A program made the position numbers and the translations under genes. DNA of 63,868 bases, counting the filler, from Phoronis australis (Eukaryota; Animalia; Phoronida), in the NCBI GenBank assembly GCA_002633005.1. It is 4 parts of 4 records of this genome, joined end to end, with 100 filler letters (N's around TTAATTAATTAA, not from the genome) between each part and the next. Parts side by side here need not be neighbours in the genome. Positions count along the whole stretch, not along the records: positions 1 to 30,876 come from NMRA01000163.1; positions 30,977 to 59,501 come from NMRA01000819.1; 2 more parts are not named here. One strand, written 5' to 3'. This document shows positions 26,801 to 38,200 of this stretch, piece after piece. Positions within the stretch are counted from its first letter, which is position 1, and each line of letters begins with the position of its first letter. Below the pieces are notes generated by a model. The model made no database searches. It was given only the letters and a program-made list of their open reading frames with translations, and was not told where the DNA came from.

Positions 26801-28434
26801 AGACCCAAGGTTGCGTTACCCTTCAAGTAGAAATTTTTCTTGTTTTTTTGGTCTGGGGAATTTGTGTACGGTTGTTATTTAAGTACAAAAAGGGGTTTAC
26901 AACAGCTTTTAAGGCCCCGCTATGGTTAAACAGGAACTTTTTGACAAGTCTTTCCATTAAGCAGTATATTTAGGAGGCTATATATTTTATCTCAGCTGTA
27001 ATATATTTTCTGACAGTAGAAAAACTGCAAAATCTGATTCGTTTGACTTTTTACCAATCTGTTGTTAAATGGGTCGCACGAACACGTCTCTTATGAAAAT
27101 TTCGCAAAAAACACAGGTAAAGTGGTAACACCATCAGTCACACAATCATTTTTATTTGATATAAATGTCTAAAGTTAGATACAACGCTGTAACTGCTTTC
27201 TGAAATATCACAGAGTTTTCGTTTTATGTAAGTTTAAAGACTCCAGGAAAATCATAAAAGTACCCGTTTCCATTGCTCCTCACGAAAAAATGGAACATTT
27301 CAAAAATATTTCAGAATTCTGAGAACAATGCACAAAGCACTGTATCGGACAGTTTCTTATGAATCCGATTAGCCGTCCTAAGATACGATGTTCCAAAGTC
27401 AGCGAAATTTGGCTAATTTTATAGGGACCTACATGTACGTACATAATATTTTAAAAGTTTAAAGCTGGTGCTTGTTTTTGTCTTGTGCTACGATAACAGA
27501 GCTACAAAATCAGTTTGTTCAAGTACTTTCAAGCATCATGAAGCCCAACAGACAGGTGCTAGGGTAAATGCTGAATGTGGCGTTTCACAATCAGGAGTTG
27601 TTGCTAATCATTAGCTTCAATCTAAAGGACTACTAAATTAAGATCTTCCCTCTTTGATATTTAACACTTACATGACAAAATGACGCCTTAAAATAAATTG
27701 GCAATGGCACTTCCTTGGAAAGTATATCAGAAGGAGACGGTGAAAATGAATTCGATGTTTATTTTACTGCGGCCATTTGAAGTACAACATGTGCAACCGT
27801 AGCACACGAAAACATTACCCATACCTTAAAAACCTTCCTTTGTTCCTCGTACATTATCCCCCGATGGAGTTGTCAGGTGCATGCTGTGACATTTTTGACA
27901 GTACTTTGTTTTCTTGACGTAACACAATTTTTCGTTCTTACATAACTGGGAACATTCGACTGACGACCCCACTCTCTGTTGGTAAGTTCCAGAACAAGTT
28001 GTCCTAGATGTTGTTTCTTGAGCGTACTGTACAAAGACATTGCCCGCATCGGAGGCAATACAGAATATCATCAGTCTCTCTACATTCCTGTTGACAGACA
28101 TTTTTCTTAAGCAATGTAGCAGTCTGTGAACCACCTTTCGATTTTTTTTCAAAAGCAATACTATCAGCATCAAACCGGAGGCGAGTCCGTTTTGTTGTCT
28201 ACAGCATAGCCCATAAAATTATTAAACTATGCCAAATGACTTCGCATGGAGGCACTGTTTAACTTGCAAGATCCATGCGACGGGCGTAAACGCGTCGCTG
28301 GGTTATAACCTATGGGACAGTACCATTGATTTCCTTTGTTGTACCTTTATTGGGTATAACAATACAGGTCTCTTGGGCGCACATCATCTGGTTTCCGAGA
28401 AATGCTTGTCATTTTTTTATTATGAGGATGAAAA

Positions 28435-29445
28435 CAAGAGCAACGCAGAGCGTTGAAATGCGCCCACAATTGCACCGCATACGGTATCCTTCTAGGGTTG
28501 TTTATTGGTACCATAAAGTGGCCAGTAGAGGGCATATATATGCAGTATGTTGTACGTTGCAAAATGGAAAGGGATGGTCATTGTCTCCCCAATAGGCTAG
28601 GGGCAAAATGTGAGTGATCTTCATAATACAGCACATCCTATACATCAGTTGCTTAAAGCACCACAGACACAGAGAATTAAAAACAAATTTACCAACATAA
28701 ATTTAGTAAAGATCCTGCAAACGGTTTGGGAGATACAGCCATGGGCGCAAAAAAACTGCCACTAGGAGGCGCCACAGTAATCAAAGTCATGGGAAATTCA
28801 GCGTCAACCGTTCTCTTCATAGTAAGAACATACATGCCAATTTTCACAAACATACTTAGAGCGGTTTGGTTGATAGAGGGGTGGACGCCAAAAAACAGAC
28901 TCAAAAACGGTAAAAATGGCCACTAGGTGTCGCAAACTAGGTCGAATCCATCCGAAAACGGGAGTATAGCGTCAACGCACTAATACATGTAGGTGCGTAC
29001 ATACCAAATTTCATGAAAATCCGTTAAGGACTTGTGAAGATACAGAGGTAAACGTAAAAAAATAAAATTGCCACTAGGGGGCACACTGGTAGTCGGATCC
29101 GTCCAAAAGTCGACATCTTCCGTTGTTAACATCATATAAGTATATTTACACAATTTCGTAAAGATCCTGCGAACGATTTAGGAGATACAGCCATAGGCGC
29201 GGAAAAAGAAAGCAAAACTGCCCCTAGGAGGCGCCACAGTAGTCGAAATCGTCGGAAAATCATCGTCAACCGTCCTCTACATAGTAAGCATATACATGCC
29301 AATTTTCACAATCATGCTTTGAGCAGTTTGGTTGATAGAGGGGTGGACACACAAAAACAGACTCGAAAACCCTAAAAATGGCCACTAGGTGGCGCAAACT
29401 ATGTCGAATCCATCTGAAAACGGGAGGATAGCGTCATCTCACTAA
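28435..29445 (-). mobile_element. HINE copy, truncated by LINE insertion
   Basis: Near-identical to the 9141 copy: CAAGAGCAACGCAGAGCGTTGAAATGCGCCCAC, a unique core, then ~150-bp subunits in a 462-bp higher-order repeat. Confidence 0.85.
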
Positions 29446-30876
29446 TATATATATATATTTATTCAATAACTAGGCCTCCGGCCCTTGTTACAATCAAATC
29501 ATCAAATACAATAAAGGTAAGTGTCAAACACTAGAAGTAAACCGAATTCTTCTTCGCTTGAATGCGAAATGAACATATTTACATGTTGACCATGTAAGAT
29601 CTTTTTCCTACATAGTCATGAGTCTGTTGAATTTTGTAACATTGGGATTGTTGTAGCTCCATGCAGGCAAATATCGTTTCCTAAGGTCATCGTAGAATGG
29701 GCATTCGATAACAAAATGATATTCCGACTCGACATATGTCCTAACACAGAGAGGGCATAACCTTTCTGTTCTGCTAAGTTTCAAGTGTCTACCCTTTTCA
29801 ATCATTAGTGCATGCGCTGAACATCTCAATCTCACCATATCAGATCTAACATTTACATTGTCAATTACATCTAAATAGTTTTCAAAACATATATTTAACT
29901 TAAAAGTTCTGTAAGTTTCCAGCTTAATCGAATTGTTCAAAATATCTTGCCATTTTTGCTGATCAATATCTTTGCATCTTTGTTTAAAAAGTGATATGAA
30001 GCTTGTCTCGGAACCTACACCCTGATTATACCATGCTTCTCCAAAACCAAACTGAAATAACAATTTCTTAACATCATTAACCCAGCACGGTTTATTAACA
30101 TTTTCCGTCATATTGTACTGCCATTCATAGCAATGATATGTAATTTTTGACTCATCGGTTTTTAATAGTTTTAACCAATATTTCATAATTCTAGGAAGTC
30201 GGTAAGCAATCAAGGAGTAACGACCCATCTCACCTCTAGCAGTCGATGAAATTGCCGTGCTAGGCAAATTTAAAATTTCTTTACAAAATTTTGTGTGGAC
30301 TATTTCAATACATTCGCAATCATTAAAACCCCAGATCTCACAGCCATAATGAAGTATCGGCAATATTTTACAATCGAATAATTTTAAACTAACTTTAACA
30401 GGGAGTGCATTAAAACCATTGACATTTTTTCTCATCAAATTCACTGCCTTAGTAGCCTGTAATGATAGAGTTTTCTGTGCGCAAGACCACGAACCTTTCG
30501 TAGTAAACATTAATCCTAGATATTTGTATGCATTTACAATATTAACAGTATTCCCATCATACGTCCATTTTTCATACGATCGTAACATTCCACCTTTTCT
30601 GAAAACAATTATCTTAGTCTTCGACATGTTAACAATCAATTTCCATTTCTGGCTATACTCATATAAAATGTTCAATTTTTTCTGCAGTCCTTTCACACTA
30701 TAAGAAAATAAAACCAAATCATCAGCAAACAGCAGATGCAATAATTCAGCTGATCCCATGGAAATTGTTTCACCTCCCCCGGATTCTAATTCTTGTTCGA
30801 GATCGTTTATAAATAAAATAAACAAAAACGGTGATAGCTGAGAGCCTTGTTTTAGACCATTATGACAATCAAAGAA
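29446..30876 (-). mobile_element. L2/CR1-group LINE, 3' portion (RT C-terminus, 3' UTR, tail); runs into the contig break
   Basis: Motifs GLKQGSQLSPFLFILFINDL, LLFADD, YKYLG, LHYGCEIWG and a C-terminal CPLC..ESEYHFVIEC. The 3' end has a GGCC-GGA-GGCC hairpin, AATAAA and a (TA)n tail at ~29445-29458. A premature TAG lies at 29608-29610. Confidence 0.92.
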
Positions 30877-30976
30877 NNNNNNNNNNNNNNNNNNNNNNNN
30901 NNNNNNNNNNNNNNNNNNNNTTAATTAATTAANNNNNNNNNNNNNNNNNNNNNNNNNNNNNNNNNNNNNNNNNNNN
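30877..30976. other. Artificial contig spacer (44 N + TTAATTAATTAA + 44 N)
   Basis: Six-frame stop linker, identical at all three gaps. Confidence 0.97.
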
Positions 30977-32013
30977 TTAGTGCTTCCGATCACGTTGTGC
31001 AAGTTGGTTTGTCACGCCTTTCGTTTTACACGCAGAGCGCGGTCTCTCACAGTTAAACGAATTGTCAGTTATGAGCAAGCCCAAAGCTCACGTCTCATTA
31101 GAGTAAGGAACTAGTTGAAACAAACTTTATGGTAGCAAGTTTTCTAGACCAGACTTAGTGGGAAATCATTACCGCATTCAAGTGTCTATCGATACAACAA
31201 TGACCCGGTGTGTATTTAAACAGCGCCGGTGACGTCACGACACAAGATATTTCGAACGACATTTGTATCTCTAGGCCTGAGCATCCCAGAGTAAAAATTA
31301 ATGGGAATGTGTTTGTAGAGCTAAACAGCAACGTGTTTATCCCGGTCTCGTTTACCCTTAGTTCGGTTGCCTAGCTACTAGCTGGCTATTAACACTCAGT
31401 AGAACCTTTGCAACCTAGTGTCCATCACGAGAAGGCCACACAGAAGTTCATAAAGACCACCAATCGGTAGTTAATATAGCAACACTCCCATCAATCAATA
31501 TGCAGTCGACTTCATACTCAATATACGAACGGACGATTACAGTAATAATCAGCACTGTTGACGTAACGCAGCAAAATTAAAGTCGTACCACCGGTGTGCA
31601 GCCTAATTCTAGTGGCAGTGATAGAAAACTCCTTCCACGAATGTACCAATTTCACAAGTACTGCAGCAAGGCACACAAAACCAGATTGCATATGAGGTCC
31701 AAACAAAAGGCAAATGTTGTTTAGTACAATGATTTTGGTTTACTGAACTGTGTGCGAAGACACAAACGTCATACCCGTCATCGCTACCATTTTCATTATA
31801 ACTGCAACCAAAAATATTTGCCTAGTGGTAATCAGTGTTCTCCGTTCGCCTATTTTCGGTGGAATGAGTTACTTATTTAGCACCGGCGACAGCGGCGATG
31901 GTATAGCTCTCCCAAAAATTATGCAAACCGACCCTTTCCGCTTTTTTTGAAGTTGTTAAAATTAGTAGGAACGTTAATGCGACTCTCCGCAAAACATTCT
32001 GCGATTCTTACAG

Positions 32014-32247
32014 GCCACTTTACTCAGATGGTGTGGAAAACCACCGAGAAAGTCGGTTTTGGCAAAGCAAAGACTAAGGACAACAAAGTTCTTGTCGTTG
32101 GAATGTACCTTCCCGCTGGCAACTACGTTGGGCGATTCGTGGAGAACGTACATCCGCCGCTGGCAGATGGCGCCAGCGCATCGGTTCCAAAGAAAGAAAA
32201 GGACAAAAAGGATAAGAAGGATAAAAAAGACAAACCTAAAAGTAAAG
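32014..32247 (+). CDS. CAP gene exon a: C-terminal part of the upstream CAP domain plus KKDKKD-rich tail
   Basis: Acceptor ttacag|GCCACTTT. Encodes (G)[48 protein letters not shown]...[19 protein letters not shown]. Donor AAAG|gtattg. Confidence 0.9.
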
Positions 32248-35200
32248 GTATTGAAGTCAACCGTTGGAATTGTGTACATGGCATAACTATTGTCAGATTT
32301 GCTGCATATTTCATTTCTTTTCACTCACGGCGTTAGAAAGTATATGCAACTTTCACTAGTCTGTTCAAGTTGACGCTGTGTGGCGAACAATTCTACCGTT
32401 CGTGGACACCGTACATTTCTCATACTCAGTAGATTTACTTTTTTACTTTCATGCATTGAATGAATGCCAGAAATGCACAATTTGGCATGTATCCGTGATA
32501 TTCCAACTTGTAGGTCGACGCGGAAGCCGCAGCAGCAGCAGCAGCAGCAGTAGCAGCGCTAGCTCTCGCGAGAGTTCACCTGAGTCCAAACGAAAGACTG
32601 ACGGCGCATCAACCAACAAGACCGTCAAAACTACAACCACGGTCGAGAATGGGGTGAAGATTACTAAAACTGTAACTACGGAAACCATTGTCGGTCCTGA
32701 CGGTAGCAAAAAGACTGTCACCAGAGAACATGTTTCCAGGGAAGGTCCCGCGGGTTCGTTGGGTGACGTAAGTATTGGTCATGTGACATGCAGGAATGCT
32801 ATGTATTGACTCTGCCAGCAGTTACCAGAAGTGCATATCAAAATTTTCAATATTCACGATTTGTCGTCTGCCTTTGAACACTGAACTGAATAGTTTACAC
32901 TCGTGAAATGCTCTACAACAGCTGGGCACCTAATGCTGATATTTAAAGCTACCATTTTCCCCGTTAAACTGGCTAAAAGCAAAAATCAAACAATTCCTTT
33001 TGCTCTCATAAATTCGGTCTCGTGATAATACATACCATAACAGGATTCTATTTCCGTTTTTAACATGAACATCAAAACCATCCACGACTCGGGAAAACGT
33101 TATCGAATTTATTGGGGTTCAGAGACCAACCCTCGGTGGCTACCATTTTTTCATTCTATATTTCAGATGGACAGTAAGTTCAAGGACATGAAAGTACACG
33201 GAGGTTCTGCTCCGGTAAGTACAAATACATACACATATATTTTTAAGTCCTATCTGAACTACAATTGTCCAACTACCTCCGAACTGTACATCATATCATA
33301 AACCAGATTGACTCACAAATTGATAGTGCTTTTATAAAAAATAAAAATTCAACTTTTCTCTCTGACGAAAGGCAATTAAATTTATCTCCTTATTTACTAT
33401 ATTTATCCTCACGCACCGTAATCATAATCCCTAAGAAACAATTTTCCAACATCACCGAACCAAAAATAGCGTTCTCTACTCGACAGCAATAATCATGCTT
33501 CGTAAGAAAGAAATGGTGCTAGAGAAACTATTATTGTTCTTTTTTATATGTTGGTGCCTCGACGTTTTCTTGTTTAAATAGGCGAATGGGGATTTTTTGA
33601 ATATGGAATTATTTTTTACACATATTTGAAGGCACCACTACGAATAAAACGTATTGTGAATTGTATTTGGAGCATGTGTATTTGGTTGTCATCCATCCAT
33701 AGAGCGGAAAAACAATCAAACCTCAGAAGATGAGTGAATTCATCGACGACGCCGTCAAAGCGCACAACAATTGTCGAGCGAAGCACGGTGTACCTTCTCT
33801 AAAACACAATAAGGTAAGAACTATAGATAATAAAAATGTCCACTTTTTTCTGAAAGAACACACCTTCCTGCTCGTTGGGTGGTTCTGTGGTGAGATGTTG
33901 AAGCATTGACCTTTTTACCTCTTTTGATTGGTTAATGAAGTTTTGGAAACGGAACTACACGAGACTTTACGAGTTTTCACGGAAATTTAAATTGTAACAC
34001 TTTTTGGTCATTGGCATTTAATACCCAATGTTTTAGATTATTCTAGTGACACCGAATATTTCCGCGATTATTGCCTTCAAATAACCAAGGGCATGCGGAT
34101 GTGTGGATTTTTTGTAACCGAATCAAATGTCATGATTCGTTTCAGAGTAAAAATATTCGGTATGGTTCGATCTTAATCGTCTTATTTACTAAACTAGTGT
34201 TCAGTGTTAAGACTACCACGACCATGGATATTTGAGTCTTCAATCATTTCAACAATGTTAAAATACATCACACGGAAATTGAAGCGAGACAACTGTCGCT
34301 TTTGGCGGAATTCCAAAATGTACACTGCCAAACTGAGATAATACAAGACAGTGTAGCTCGCCAAAACACTACCCATGGGTCCCATCGGGGCGGAAAACAA
34401 TAGTGGAAAACAATAAATATCTGATTTTGCTTTGATTTCAAGCTCAAATCCATTTCCTGACAAACGCACAAGAAAACAAAATAAGATTTGACATCAAAAT
34501 ACAAACTGTGTATGTCCATTGATGACAATTGCTGCTTGTTTTGAGACAGTGCGAAATCACAGCGCAGCTACCGGTGTTGCTGCAAGATTAAAATTCTATA
34601 CCAATGTTGTCATAACATCTCTGTTGATTGCCATAGCCCGTGAAATATTTTTTCTCCAAAGGACATTTATGATAGAACATGGCTGTGGTCTACATCAGTG
34701 ATGTCATACTGCTCCACCGTTCAGGCAAATACACGTCGTAGTCAATGAGTCGTTGAGGCAATTGTGCGACGAACATATAACTTGTAACCTCTCTCAATGT
34801 CTTAAAATAAAATGCATCTTGTTTACAATTTTGACCAAGCACCAATCACGCTTTCCAGGGCCTCCCAAGACCCCGTGCCCCCAACGGCATATGCACGTTG
34901 ACGGAAACCCAAGGTCATGAGTCGTATTTCAATTCTCATTGGCAATTAGTGTTGGTTTATTGTTTGCAGGACTTGTCAAAGACCGCCCAAGAGTGGGCGG
35001 ACCACCTTGCAACGAGTGGCAAACTAGAACACAGCTCAAACAAATACAAGGGAGATAAGTTGGGAGAAAATGTGGCGAGCAAATGGTCGAGTGCCGGAGC
35101 CGACTATACAGGTAAATAGTGCGCCAAAAGAAAACCCGCATCAATTCACACATGTATGTTTTGGCACCATTAGACTTACACCCTAATATTATGACTCATA

Positions 35201-38200
35201 GAAGTCAGTGATACCTTTTGGCAGCTATAGCAGTGGAGATCAAATTGTCTTGAGTTGACGTCCGACTGCTCATTTAGAACACCTACGGTATTTTGGTTGC
35301 ATCAAATTTCCCGAATATACCCGAGGTTTTCCGGATGCAATCATCCTCAAACCACTGCCACTCAGCTTGCTCTCCTTGCAGTTTTTGCAAGATGCGGTTT
35401 TCAAAAAACTTTTGACGAAAAATGTGGAATGTGTGACCTTCAAATTAGCTTAGGAACACACCTGGGTTATAACATAAACATCCCGTTCTGTACACGTTTC
35501 CCGCAATCCAAAATTAAAGAAACTTTTCGACAAAAAAGACCACCTCCAAACTGGAGGTGGTCTTTTTCCGTTTTCGGCTGAAAACGATCTCGAGGGTAAT
35601 TCTCGTTTTTTAATCAACCAATGGTATTCAATTGATAGCTAAGTTTTTAGGTTAACTTTTGACCTCTTTTCACAAATCAAGACATCACTTACGGCAGTTT
35701 CAAGTCAAGCATGGAAAATGTTGACATTTCTGCATATATCGACGACTCTTTCATTCAGTGACATTTCTGCATATATCGACGACTCTTTCATTCAGTGACT
35801 TTTTCCATAATGGTTAGGAACTGGTACTGCATTTTGCTTCATTTAGGCTATGCAACTACCACAGGTACGATCGGAATTTGCAAAGTTTGTCAAAATTAAG
35901 GGTTTATGACCATGAACGCGCTATAATCTCCCATGATGCTATTGTGAACTGGGCTCATGGTAACATGTTGATTATATCTGGGCTGTTAATCGAACTGTTT
36001 TAGTGAAATAGGGAAATACGTGCATCGAACGTTTGTTCCGTCAGTAACGTTTGCTTCTCAGGAAGGTCAATTACTGCGTTGTGTTTTGGTCCCAAAAGTT
36101 ATTTTGGGACAATCGCAATACGCATTCCATTAATGCAATTAAGATATAAAAATTCTCTTCTATGGGAATTAAGTTTTTACATTTGTAAAACGTATATTTT
36201 GAAACTTTAGGACAAGAAGTCGTTGATCAATGGTACAGTGAAATTGAAAAGCACGACTTCAAGTCAGAGCCGAAGACGTTGGGCTCAGGTAAGTTCAACG
36301 CCCGGACTCAATTTCTTCTTCTGAACACGATAAAATATGGTGTAGAATTTCTAACATTTTGTCGTTAGCACACTCCGTTATGACAGTGCCAATCTCCAGG
36401 CACGGCGGTACACTAGGTATCCCTCATACGAGCTCTGTTTGGATTAAATACATTTTGACGGTATACCTATACATGCATTGGGCGTATATGTAAATGCAGG
36501 CACGTATGCGAGGATGCGTAGATCCGTCGCTTTCTTGCAGTGAATTTGATGTCTCAACTAAAGCCCTTATGTAAAATCTCAATCGCAAAATACCAAGATC
36601 CGGGACAACTACGCATCCTTAAGACTTAATTCGATTGACCAATGACCGTTTGTTGACTGGCACACATGGCAGTAACCAGGGCGCGATAGTAAAGCAAACA
36701 GTCCCCACACTCTTGCACCCAACTGTCGCAGTGACTGGCTAAGGGCATGGCATAAGTGTAACTTTGCAAGTTTTGAGGAGCCGTTTAGCTTTTGTTAATG
36801 TCAATTACATGTACTTACTGTCAAATACGACAACTTTGAGGTTTTGAGTCATAGAACGATTGGTCAACTTAGATTGCTTTGAGTGGCGCTCCCTCGTTCA
36901 TAAACTTTGAAATGAATCGCCCAAACAAAGAAACGCCATTCTCACACACGTCCATACATTACGGCATTTGATCACGCATGGTATCGATATGTACAAGGAA
37001 GCAATAGAAACTGTACATTTGAGCAATTCTTCCGCATTCAGTGCGTCAGCCACAACGGTTTGGGTTTGCGGAGTCCATGCATTAGCTGTTATAGCAAGGG
37101 AAATTTTACTCGTGAAAATATCCTTGATTTCGTATTTAGGTCGTAACATGGAAGCATGTCCTAGACTGGTGAGAAACTGTAATACACAAGGACCTGTCCC
37201 GATGGTAATTCCACCAGAGGGCGAACATAGCACCACCCACCTAAGCTCTGTGTAATCTGGCCGATGCCTGAAGATTGGTTCATACACCGCTACATTTTCC
37301 TTATCTCCCAATTACCAGGGGTGCGCTCCATAGACACAAGAACGTCGCCGAAAACGCAGAGCCACACAAAATTTCGCGATATATCGCCATCTATTACTAG
37401 CAAACCACACGACCACACTAACTAAAGGGGAGGAGGGGAGTCAATAATTGGTTTGACTTCAAAACCAGCCGGGTGGATAACAAAATCAAATGACGGGTGT
37501 TCTAATGACCGGTACCTCAAAACCAGAAAGCGGGACCCCAAAACCTGGTTGGCCCACCCTAAACCGGTTGGCCATTGGTCAAACGCATTGACTGAACAAA
37601 TCGTAGATTTTAAGCATAACAAACAAATAGGTACGAAAAATAAACACTAGATTTCACTTGAATCCTTTGAAACATTTAGAGCGAGTCTCTGAGGAAGTCT
37701 GGCCGTCGTGTTTGATCTTCAGCTTACTGGTTATAGGACCGGCCATTGTGTTTGGGATCCAACCTACTAGTTTTTTGGGTGAGGCCATCTCGTTTTTAAG
37801 TCCAGACAACACGTTTGACCACTGCATGGCCATTTGGTTTAGCAGTCCAGCCGACTGGGTAAGTGGTTTTGAAGTCCAACCAATAGTCCTTTTTCGAGTT
37901 TATAACAGTAACGCGACATTATGCGAGACTTAACTGTGACGTCACCGGAAGTGGGCAAAAGCTTGTCGTTTGGCCATTTGCCCGATACGGTAGCAGAGTG
38001 TATTCTGTTGTTTGCTTCGAGTTTTTAATCTTTTAGTGTGAAAAATGCCAAACAAGCATTGCTCATATGGCAAATGAAATTCAGATTCGCACTACAATAC
38101 ATTCCATCGCGTTCTGTACTAATTACGTCCTGTGTATTATAAACGGGTGGTAGGCGAAATCCGTTCACTGATTAAGTTTTCGGTTTTCACCTCGTCAAAA

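Noticed and set aside
27826-28173. Possible piggyBac transposase C-terminal remnant (minus strand, Cys-rich end)
   Set aside because: Only a vague resemblance; no catalytic motif or TTAA-bounded TIR pair could be confirmed.
30921-30932. TTAATTAATTAA as a biological motif or piggyBac target
   Set aside because: It is centred identically in N-runs at all three gaps, so it is a synthetic linker.
36898-37311. 137-aa antisense ORF in the CAP intron
   Set aside because: Non-ATG start, no recognisable domain and no splice support.
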